NCBI GenBank assembly: GCA_964473745.1
Contig: CAYYQE010000008.1
Location: forward strand, 73 to 64,072
DNA: 64,000 nucleotides
From: an uncultured Candidatus Peribacteria bacterium
GTDB taxonomy: Bacteria; Patescibacteriota; Gracilibacteria; UBA1369; UBA12473
Direction of reading: 5' to 3'
Below are positions 46,593 to 55,041 of this stretch, piece after piece. A program made the position numbers and the translations under genes. Position 1 is the stretch's first letter; every line of letters starts with the position of its first letter. The notes under the pieces were generated by a model. It was not told the origin of the DNA. It was given only the letters and a program-made list of their open reading frames with translations, and made no database searches.

Positions 46593-46642
46593 TTAGCACT
46601 AAATAGCAAAGAGTGCTAGCACAGTATAGCGTAGAGTGCTAA
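46593..46642 (-). promoter_or_regulatory. Two tandem, overlapping CIRCE (HrcA) operators
   Basis: The first is TTAGCACTA-N9-GAGTGCTAG (46593..46619) and the second is CTAGCACAG-N9-GAGTGCTAA (46616..46642). The consensus is TTAGCACTC-N9-GAGTGCTAA. They sit immediately upstream of groES. Confidence 0.85.
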
Positions 46643-46670
46643 TGGGTCAAGGTTATTTTTAACTCAAATT

Positions 46671-47420
46671 TTAAGCCTCAGCTCCTAAAACTCCTTGAAA
46701 AACAGGATCTTCCCGCAGAAATCTTCTCACTTCAGCAATTTTATCTTGCGCTCGTCTTCGGGTTGCCCCATCCCCTTGAACAAATGCTATTAGGTCTTCC
46801 TCAGACAAACCAGATTGAATCCCCTCCCATACTGAACCCCAAACTCCATCAAACCTCGTTCCGCGTCTAAAACGACCACGCGCTTCATCCAAAGCATTTC
46901 TTAAATCTCGTTGAAAGACTAATACTTCTACTCCACCATTGCCTCCTAGAGATTCAACATCCATTGCATCAAAAACTGGACCTGAATCTGCCGCTGCCTC
47001 GCTATCTGCTAACCGAGCATTCAAGAACTCTACATAATTCAGAAAAGCTGTTTCTATCATTCGTGGCGTCATTCTAAGAAGTTTCATCACTCTACGTTCA
47101 ATCCACATCAGCCCTTTCTCTCTGGCCTGATGCTCATCAAGCTCATGATCAACTATCAATATTCTAACTATTTCTTCTAAATAAAATCCCACAAACGATT
47201 CCAATTGATCACTTGGAACTTCTTGGTCAGCAGTAAATCCAAATTGCACTAATTGCTCATCAAAGGTACTAACAAACGAATCCTCCCCCTCCTCCTCTTC
47301 TCCCTCATAAACCTGATACTCTGAATCACTACCCGCCATTTCTGACGGATCATCAAATAAACTCAGTGCTTCCTCAGCGTCTGGGTCATCAATTAGAAAT
47401 GATGCATCTAGTGTAGCCAT
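46671..47420 (-). CDS. Hypothetical acidic 249-aa protein downstream of the giant sigma gene
   Basis: A clean ORF with a very acidic N-terminal third (EGEEEEGED). No motif is recognised. Confidence 0.5.
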   Translation of the reverse strand: MATLDASFLIDDPDAEEALSLFDDPSEMAGSDSEYQVYEGEEEEGEDSFVSTFDEQLVQFGFTADQEVPSDQLESFVGFYLEEIVRILIVDHELDEHQAREKGLMWIERRVMKLLRMTPRMIETAFLNYVEFLNARLADSEAAADSGPVFDAMDVESLGGNGGVEVLVFQRDLRNALDEARGRFRRGTRFDGVWGSVWEGIQSGLSEEDLIAFVQGDGATRRRAQDKIAEVRRFLREDPVFQGVLGAEA

Positions 47421-47489
47421 ATTGTTGGGGTGAAAAATTAACTTCGGAGGAAATTATACCTAGTAAACAACACTTGTCAACCTCACCTT

Positions 47490-50400
47490 CTAAACAAGTT
47501 CCTCAACCGCCAACAACAATTTATCTTTAAGTTCAGGGTGTTTTCTAAGAATTTTCAAAATTCTTACTTCTATCTGGCGAATACGTTCCCTGCTTAATCC
47601 CCATCTACCCCCAATTTCGACAAGTGTTAAAACACTCTGTTTATCATTAAATCCAAACCGATTAACAAACACATCCCAAAATCTTTCTATATCTTTTGCT
47701 CCCACCTCATCCTCAATAATAACTCTTATTTCTTCAAGCAACATGCTCCGTTGCTCTCTTTGTTCAACTTCAACAAAACCATCATCAACCTCGCCCATTA
47801 AATCACCCCGACGGTTAGCATTTGCATCTTCGTCATTCATTGGAGCATCTAACTGGACCTCTCCACTAGCAGCGATACTAGCAAGATCTATAAGATCTTT
47901 TACTTCTTCAATTGGCATATCCAACATTTCCGCAAGATCTTCTGGGGTTGCCTGTCGATGGTTAGTCCTCAAAAACATACCTCGTGCTCTGTTTAATTTC
48001 TTAATATCTTGTTGAAGATGAATTGGAATTCGAACTGCACGATGGTGATTTTCGATATATCTAATTATAAATTGTCGAATCCACTGATTAGCATAAGTTG
48101 AAAGTCTAATCCCCCGATGAGGGTCAAACTTTTGAACCGCCCTTATAAGTCCCATATTTCCTTCTTGAATAAGATCAGGGAAAGGTAAATTAGTCCAGGT
48201 ATATTTCTTAGCAATCCAAACAACAAGACGCAAATTTCTGGTTATTAATTCATTGAGAGCCTCTTGATCACCAGCTTCCTTTCTGACACCTAACTCGTGC
48301 TCTTCTTCTCTAGTTAAAATGCTCGTAGCAGGCCCTAATTGAATAACACTTTGTTCACCCAAAATTAAACCCTGTGGCTCGCGCCGAGGCTTCACCTTTG
48401 GCTTTGGCTCAGGCTCCTCAACTTCAGCTAATAAATTTGTTGCTTTTTCATATAATTGGAAAGCATATTTATCAGTCAAAAAATCAGCTATCTCGGGTAG
48501 CAAAAGTCTACGATTAGGCAAAACCTCTGCTTCGACTATTAAAGACTGTAACTCTCCTCCAAGTAATTTTTCCTTAACTACCTCTAACACCCTTTCACTA
48601 ATAATTTGACTATAAGAAATACGGGCAATGACATGCAACACTCTTAATAAAACCTGGATAAGCATATCTCGTTGCCTAGGTCTTACTGATCTTTCTTCTA
48701 AAATTGCGTTAAATTCAGCTACATAAGTCTGAATTTGCTGCAAAGAAAACAAACTATAACGAACAACCAATTGTGGATTCGCTTCAGCCTCTTTTCTTAA
48801 TTGTCCGTCACCAGTTAAAAACTCAAACTTTTTCCACATTGTCGCTTCTGTCGTACGATGAGCAACCCATCCCTCAACGTGATCCCAACGCATCCCAAAA
48901 GCATCTCGCAATTTCTGACCCGCATGCTGATTAGCTAACTTTTGTTCTATCCGCCGAGGTGCATATTGACGGCAATGCCTAGCAGGCTTATCTAAATAAT
49001 CTTCGTAATCTCGAGGTTCAGGATAAGTCTTACCACAAGTGTCCGCCTCTAATTCAATAGCACTTAAAAAGAAAGCATTCTCACGCAATTCTGCTAAATT
49101 AACGGCACTTCTAGTTAGTTTTTCAGTCCACAAAGACGAACAACCCAGATTACTTAAAAACGCTCTCTTTAACCTCTGCGCTGGAGTTAAATTAGTAGGA
49201 TCTAAAAGTTCTTCTATGTCATCTATCTCTTCCAATTTTCCATAAAGCATTCCCGAAGTAACTTCCACCTGCCCCGCCTCCAAATAAGCAATTCTTTTTA
49301 AAACTCCCCTTGCTCGGGCGCGTGACCCACAACAAGCTTCCATATCAGCATATCCTAATCGATGAAATCTTAAACTCTCCCTAACTTGCCTCTTTAAATC
49401 ACACGAAGTATACAAAAACTTTAAGACTTCTTTAAGCTGCCTATTAACACTTCCTCGCCCCAGAGTCCCAGCTGATTCTAAAACAGTAGTTATTCTTTGT
49501 TGCTGAGCAGATGTTGCTTCCTCTAAAAGCGCCACATGTGCAACTCCTCGATAAGCAGTAGACCCTAACTGTTCATTTAACCGGACCGCTAAATTTTGAC
49601 CACTCAACCAAAACTCTTCCTCTGGCGTTAATTCGCGACGTTTTTGCTGCCGCCCTAAACGAGCCGCTAATTCTTCCCGAATTTTAATCGGCAAACTAAA
49701 AGCATTCATTAAATTAAATTGCACTGATGTAACACCATAACCTAACAATCGAAATACTCGACAATAATCAGCTAAAACATCTGGCTCACGATTTTCTAAA
49801 GACTCTGGCACAATTCCTGTTTCAAAACCAAACACCTCCCCCAATTCAACTAATCTCTTTTCTTGTGTTAATTTTCTCCAAGCCCTTTCCACGCCTCGAT
49901 CTCTTTGCTTTTGAGAAGCGTTAATCCAAGCCCATTGCCCTTCAAAAGAAACACCACGCGCTTCAATTTCCTGAATAATTTCTAAAGTTCGAGCTGTTCT
50001 ATATATATAGCCTGGCGGATCCTTCAACCCACGCTCTTCTGAAAACCTAGTAAACGCTGCTTCGTCCTCCGCCCTAACCTCTTCGGCCTTAACCTCCGCA
50101 GCCGATGGGCCAGGTGTCATTTTTGTTCTAATAACTTCCAAACTACTATCTAAAAGAGCCGGTTGTATTTTCCCAAAATGCTCTAACATAAACTCCGCTT
50201 TAGCAAGAACTGTAGAAGGACGAAGCCTTCTAATAGCCCTCTGTAAAGACCCAATTGGACAACCCAACTCTGCCAATCTCTCTCTGGCGGCTTGTTCTGC
50301 TGGAGCTATTGAAGCACTAAAACGAGGCATCTCCACAGGCAATGAAGGTGTTGGCGTTAGATCAGGTTCATTTTCAGCTAACACTTCTAACTGAGTTTGA

Positions 50401-52016
50401 ATTCGCTGATGACTCTTTCCTTTTATTTTTAGTGCTCGCGCCGCCCGTCGCAGATCTTTCCAACTATTTACATGCAAAAAATGAACGTAAAGTTCCCGTG
50501 GAGCACCTTCCTTTTCAAAAATAACAATTCTTTCTTCAATTCTTTTTACACTCGTTTGATTTGCCGCAAACAGTATTTGTCGCATATAAGTTGGTATATC
50601 TTCATTTTTAGCAAAAAACGCTACCTTATTCCGTAAACGCTGGAAAGACGCACTATCAGGGCCTCCCACAAAATGTGTCTGCTTCGGAGCAATAGTAATT
50701 CCATCTCGCAAAGTATGCTGAAGAGTTTCTCTTAAATATCTAGCTGAAAAAGCTTTACCAGGAGGGAAAGGATGCCCCAAAGCATTCTGTTCCACATAGG
50801 CTACTAATTCCGGTCGAGGCATATCATCAAAGTCCTCCGGAACTGCTGCTAATCTAAATATCGGCGGTGCCTTTTCCATATGCTCAATTGTTTTGCGCCT
50901 CACAAAAACTCGCCTCAAATTTGCACGAATGTGTTTTTTTGAATGATCTGTAATCTTTTCTAGCCGCTCTCTTGTTATCCAAATATCATAAATCTGTATT
51001 CCATATTCACTAAAATATTCTGTTTCTAAAAGCAAATGCTGCCAAACAAACACATAAGTATATCTCCCAGCAGAATCTTCAACTGGAATCGGAGTTGTAG
51101 TTCGTTGAATAGCATTATATAAATCTGCCTCTATTATCTGACGAACTCCATTTAAAACCGCTTCCCAATCATCCCCCTCACAATCAACCTCCTCGCTAGT
51201 CGGCACCCGCTTCAATTCCAAAGATTTCTGCAAAGCCTGGTGGACAACTTCTTCAGAAGGGGCCACACATTCCCCCTCCCGATCAGTGTGCGTTAAAACA
51301 GTACTTTTGATAACAATTTCTACCGCTCTCCCAAGCCCACCAAAAGCTCTTACAAATCTTCCATTATGATAACGGCATTCACTTTGCTGCGGGAGTGAGG
51401 TCCCAGTTTGATAAGTCCGATTATCAGCTGGAAGATCATTTTTTTCATTATAAGCTCGCCATAATTCCTCGGCTAGAGCTTTTCGCAAGGGCTCCTCTTC
51501 TGTCTCAGCAACTATAAATCTAAATCTCATTTGATGAACAACTTCATGATAACTATGTCCAATTCCTTCTAATAAATGTCTCAATTGTGCCGCTTCACGT
51601 CGAGCCCCATACTCTGGATGTTCGGCCAAAAAATCATCCAAAGTCCCAGGATGAAACACCGTACGGCCTTCTGCTTGCCGCGCTTCCCAATGACGACACT
51701 GAAAATGATATAACGCTAACAAAAATTGCAATTGGGCTTTAATCGCTTCAGCATACCTTTCCATTGCGATCGCTTCCTGTTCCTGCACTGGCTCAGGTGA
51801 AACCAAAGCCGCTTCCTTTATTTCATGAAGAGGTCCATCCCAAGCTCCTAAAATCATCTCCAAACTATCTGGCGTAGCATCAACTGCTAATTGATCTCGC
51901 GTAGCCAACATTACTGAAGGCAACGGGCTAGAAGCATCCACTATTTCAGAAGCAGCAGCTTTCTCTATAATTGTTTGCGCCGGAAAAACCCAAGAAGCCT
52001 CAAGACGATCATTCAT
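47490..52016 (-). CDS. Giant sigma-70 family protein: roughly 1233-aa unknown N-terminal extension + RpoD-like regions 1.2-4
   Basis: The C-terminal 275 aa (nt 47490..48317) carry LTREEEHELG...NLRLVVWIAKKY (1.2/2.1), DLIQEGNMGLIRAVQKFDPHRGIRLSTYANQWIRQ (2.2-2.4), region 3, and LSRERIRQIEVRILKILR (4.2). The preceding 1233 aa have no motif I recognise. Confidence 0.85.
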   Translation of the reverse strand: MNDRLEASWVFPAQTIIEKAAASEIVDASSPLPSVMLATRDQLAVDATPDSLEMILGAWDGPLHEIKEAALVSPEPVQEQEAIAMERYAEAIKAQLQFLLALYHFQCRHWEARQAEGRTVFHPGTLDDFLAEHPEYGARREAAQLRHLLEGIGHSYHEVVHQMRFRFIVAETEEEPLRKALAEELWRAYNEKNDLPADNRTYQTGTSLPQQSECRYHNGRFVRAFGGLGRAVEIVIKSTVLTHTDREGECVAPSEEVVHQALQKSLELKRVPTSEEVDCEGDDWEAVLNGVRQIIEADLYNAIQRTTTPIPVEDSAGRYTYVFVWQHLLLETEYFSEYGIQIYDIWITRERLEKITDHSKKHIRANLRRVFVRRKTIEHMEKAPPIFRLAAVPEDFDDMPRPELVAYVEQNALGHPFPPGKAFSARYLRETLQHTLRDGITIAPKQTHFVGGPDSASFQRLRNKVAFFAKNEDIPTYMRQILFAANQTSVKRIEERIVIFEKEGAPRELYVHFLHVNSWKDLRRAARALKIKGKSHQRIQTQLEVLAENEPDLTPTPSLPVEMPRFSASIAPAEQAARERLAELGCPIGSLQRAIRRLRPSTVLAKAEFMLEHFGKIQPALLDSSLEVIRTKMTPGPSAAEVKAEEVRAEDEAAFTRFSEERGLKDPPGYIYRTARTLEIIQEIEARGVSFEGQWAWINASQKQRDRGVERAWRKLTQEKRLVELGEVFGFETGIVPESLENREPDVLADYCRVFRLLGYGVTSVQFNLMNAFSLPIKIREELAARLGRQQKRRELTPEEEFWLSGQNLAVRLNEQLGSTAYRGVAHVALLEEATSAQQQRITTVLESAGTLGRGSVNRQLKEVLKFLYTSCDLKRQVRESLRFHRLGYADMEACCGSRARARGVLKRIAYLEAGQVEVTSGMLYGKLEEIDDIEELLDPTNLTPAQRLKRAFLSNLGCSSLWTEKLTRSAVNLAELRENAFFLSAIELEADTCGKTYPEPRDYEDYLDKPARHCRQYAPRRIEQKLANQHAGQKLRDAFGMRWDHVEGWVAHRTTEATMWKKFEFLTGDGQLRKEAEANPQLVVRYSLFSLQQIQTYVAEFNAILEERSVRPRQRDMLIQVLLRVLHVIARISYSQIISERVLEVVKEKLLGGELQSLIVEAEVLPNRRLLLPEIADFLTDKYAFQLYEKATNLLAEVEEPEPKPKVKPRREPQGLILGEQSVIQLGPATSILTREEEHELGVRKEAGDQEALNELITRNLRLVVWIAKKYTWTNLPFPDLIQEGNMGLIRAVQKFDPHRGIRLSTYANQWIRQFIIRYIENHHRAVRIPIHLQQDIKKLNRARGMFLRTNHRQATPEDLAEMLDMPIEEVKDLIDLASIAASGEVQLDAPMNDEDANANRRGDLMGEVDDGFVEVEQREQRSMLLEEIRVIIEDEVGAKDIERFWDVFVNRFGFNDKQSVLTLVEIGGRWGLSRERIRQIEVRILKILRKHPELKDKLLLAVEELV

Positions 52017-52054
52017 AAGACATAAATAAGGACGGAATTATAACAAATTTGTCC

Positions 52055-53581
52055 CTACTTCGCCACATCTTCAACCCTAATTTCCCTAAACACCTCAACT
52101 TTAACTTCTCCAGGGAATTGGAGTTGATCTTCGATTTGAGCGGCAATGCGATGCGCCATTTTGGCGGCTTGTAGATCATCCACAACAGTGGGCTCGACAA
52201 ATATTCGAACCTGACGCCCAGCTTGAACAGCGTAAGATTTCTTTACACCTTCATGCTCGTTTGCCACGTTTTCTACTTCACGCAAACGTTTGATAAAGTT
52301 TTCTAAATTGTCTTTATCCGCACCAGGACGAGATCGAGAAATTAAATTTGCCGCTTGAATAATTTTCGCTTCAAGAGATTCAGATTCTATATCGCCTTCA
52401 TGCGCCTCAACACAATGAATTACTTCCTTAGACAAACCAAATTTATTCAAAATATCACGACCAATCGTGGCATGTGGACCTTGAATTTCATGATCTAAAG
52501 CCTTTCCAATATCATGCAAAAGCCCAGCCTTACGACACATATCAACATCCGCCCCTAATTCCGTGGCCAAAGAAGCCGCCAACAGAGCAACCTCCATAGA
52601 ATGCTTTAACACATTTTGACCATAGGTAGTCCGGAATTTAAGCCGTCCCAGTAATTTAATTAAACCTGGAGGCAATCCCGCCACACCAGCCGAATAAACT
52701 GCCTTTTCACCAAGATCTTTAATAAGTTGTCCGACTTCTTCTTTGGATTTTTGAACCACTTCTTCGATTCGCGCCGGATGAATTCGACCATCTTCAAGCA
52801 ATCGCTCCAGAGCAATCTTAGCAATATAACGACGAACTAAATCAAAACCAGAAATCACAATTGAACCGGGAGTATCATCAACAATCACATCAATTCCCGT
52901 AAGTTCCTCAAAAGTATTAATATTTCGCCCTTCACGACCAATAATACGACCTTTCATGTCATCACTCGGGATATTCACAATCGTGGCAGTAGATTCCATA
53001 GTAGTTTCAGCCGCGTATTTTTGAATCGCATCTACAATAATAAATCGAGCTCGCTCATTTGCTTCATCACGAAGCGTTTTTTCCGTCTTTTTAATCTGGG
53101 CAACCAAATCATCCTTGGCCTCATCTTGAACCTTTTTCAAAAGAAGTTCACGCGCCTCGTCCTTTGACAAACTAGCCACTCTTTCCAGCTGACCTTTTTG
53201 CTGTTCATAAAACTTTTCTACCTCGGCCTTAAGTTCACGTACGGCATTTACTTTCTTTTCTAATTCCACGCGAGACTTTTCTGATTCAGTCATTTTCTTA
53301 TCAAGCAGCTCTTCTTTTCCAACAATTCGCTTTTCAACTTTTTCTAGTTGAAGGCGCTTTTTTTGTTCTTCTTTCTTGGCTTCTTCCTGAATTTTGAGGC
53401 CCTCACTGCGAGCTTCAAACATAAGCTCTTTGGCCTTGGCTTGGGCATCATGAAGATCGCGTTTTCGCTGCTCTTCCAAACGATCTTGAACCTCACGTTC
53501 CTTTTTAAGTCGAACATAGCGTCCAGCTCCAATCCCAGAGCCTAAACCCAAAAGAAGTAATAAAATTGATAGTGATGTCAT
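52055..53581 (-). CDS. rny: Ribonuclease Y
   Basis: An N-terminal TM helix, a coiled coil, a KH domain (GRIIGREGRNI) and an HD domain (LLHDIGKA) are present. Confidence 0.95.
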   Translation of the reverse strand: MTSLSILLLLLGLGSGIGAGRYVRLKKEREVQDRLEEQRKRDLHDAQAKAKELMFEARSEGLKIQEEAKKEEQKKRLQLEKVEKRIVGKEELLDKKMTESEKSRVELEKKVNAVRELKAEVEKFYEQQKGQLERVASLSKDEARELLLKKVQDEAKDDLVAQIKKTEKTLRDEANERARFIIVDAIQKYAAETTMESTATIVNIPSDDMKGRIIGREGRNINTFEELTGIDVIVDDTPGSIVISGFDLVRRYIAKIALERLLEDGRIHPARIEEVVQKSKEEVGQLIKDLGEKAVYSAGVAGLPPGLIKLLGRLKFRTTYGQNVLKHSMEVALLAASLATELGADVDMCRKAGLLHDIGKALDHEIQGPHATIGRDILNKFGLSKEVIHCVEAHEGDIESESLEAKIIQAANLISRSRPGADKDNLENFIKRLREVENVANEHEGVKKSYAVQAGRQVRIFVEPTVVDDLQAAKMAHRIAAQIEDQLQFPGEVKVEVFREIRVEDVAK

Positions 53582-53868
53582 CTTGGCAGGGGTTAAATTA
53601 CCCTCTGCACGCCGCTCGCCCCCTTTTTAGGGACATATTTCAGAATCCGAATTAGAACGATTTAACAGGTTAATTTAAAACAAAATCTCTATTCAATTCT
53701 TAAAATTAGCAGACAATACAAAGGCTCTTAAAAATTACTGCTTAAAAAATACTGGTGGTGAGAGGGAAAGTCAAATTAAACAGTTCATTTTTTGTTCATT
53801 TTTTTGTTAAATTTTCGTCATCTTAATTTGCTAGGCTAAGGGTCCTTCACCCTTTAACCCCACTTTTT

Positions 53869-54852
53869 ATGAAAAAATTTAAACTCCTTAGTGCGTTTTG
53901 TTTAAGTTTGTTTTTTCTAAATCATGCTTTGGCCGCAGATTGGACCTGGTCTAGCGAACCAACTCCTGGCGCCCTCAATCTTTTCCCAGAAAACACTGAA
54001 AATCCTGAGGAAAGCTTTGCCAACGGCACTCTTTCCGAAGATATAATTCTATCGGAAGTTATGCCAAATCCCGAAGGAACTGACACTGACACCGAATGGA
54101 TCGAAATCTACAACACCAGCACTATTGATATTGATCTTGGCAACTGGTCTCTGGACGATGATGAAAATGGTAGTGACCCTTACATTTTCCCAGCTAACAC
54201 TGTTATCGAGGCTCAAGATTTTTTAGTGATCTATCGTAGTGATTCAGGCCTCGCGCTTAATAATGACACTGATGCTGTCCGCCTTTTTGATTTCGAAAAC
54301 ACCCTTCAAGACAGCGTCACTTATGAAAGCAGTGCCCCAGAAGGAGAATCCTACGCTCGAATTTTAGTAGAAAGAGAAGCTACCGCTACTTTTTTGTCGC
54401 ATTTCATTCCTATTGCCCAGGCCAAAACAATCACCAAAACCCCGGATCAACCGATTAACTGGGAATCTGCCCCTTGGGAATGGACAAAAGACATTACCAC
54501 TGGTTATTTGAACCCTGTTTATTATTTCATTCAAGGCGTTGTTGAAGAACTAATTCCTTTTGAAAACAAAATAACCTTACAAAACCAAGACCAAGCCATT
54601 CAAGTTTCTTTAGACGCCCTTAATATCAACGAAAACTTAAAAACAACACTTTTTCAACCAGGGAGCCAAATCAGTGGCTATGCTAGCAAAACAGCTAATC
54701 AAACTTATAAACTTCAAAAACTCGAAGAAACCACTACCCAAAACTCTACACCTTTACCGGAAACTAATTGGCTCAAGAACTTCGCTCTTTTAGGAATTAT
54801 TGCTTGTTTGGGAACCTATTTTTTCATGCATAAGAAAAAGGCTAAGCAATAA
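53869..54852 (+). CDS. Secreted lamin-tail-domain (LTD) protein with C-terminal membrane anchor
   Basis: A signal peptide, the LTD pattern (ILSEVMPNPEGTDTDTEWIEIYNTSTIDIDLGNWSLDD...VRLFD) and a C-terminal TM helix plus basic tail are present. Confidence 0.75.
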   Translation: MKKFKLLSAFCLSLFFLNHALAADWTWSSEPTPGALNLFPENTENPEESFANGTLSEDIILSEVMPNPEGTDTDTEWIEIYNTSTIDIDLGNWSLDDDENGSDPYIFPANTVIEAQDFLVIYRSDSGLALNNDTDAVRLFDFENTLQDSVTYESSAPEGESYARILVEREATATFLSHFIPIAQAKTITKTPDQPINWESAPWEWTKDITTGYLNPVYYFIQGVVEELIPFENKITLQNQDQAIQVSLDALNINENLKTTLFQPGSQISGYASKTANQTYKLQKLEETTTQNSTPLPETNWLKNFALLGIIACLGTYFFMHKKKAKQ

Positions 54853-54868
54853 CTTAGCCCTTCTTTTT
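54840..54868 (+). terminator. Intrinsic terminator overlapping the LTD gene stop
   Basis: The hairpin GGCTAAG-caataa-CTTAGCC is followed by CTTCTTTTTG. Confidence 0.6.
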
Positions 54869-55041
54869 GTTTATTGTGGGGCACTTTTTATGAGCAACCG
54901 CCGCCACAGCATCCTCCTCCGTCCATAATTCATGAGGTTAAAAAATAGGGCGAAAGTAAGATTACCATACAAACTTTGTCCTTTCAATAAACCCCTCCTA
55001 CTCCACTTTGTATCTAGTAGCCAAAATGGTAAGATTAGGAT

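Noticed and set aside
53582-53868. The largest host-GC non-coding gap (287 nt, between rny and the LTD gene), examined as a possible ncRNA or tRNA locus.
   Set aside because: No cloverleaf, conserved ncRNA motif or strong extended stem is recognisable by eye. It is most simply a divergent promoter region. A covariance-model scan (Rfam/tRNAscan) would be needed to be sure.
54853-55041. A possible cobalamin riboswitch or NrdR box in the 189-nt leader of the RNR-like gene, and the 99-aa minus-strand ORF 54871..55170.
   Set aside because: I could not find a B12-box-like element or a 16-bp NrdR palindrome, only weak short inverted repeats. The 99-aa ORF overlaps the RNR-like start, has an odd composition and no RBS.
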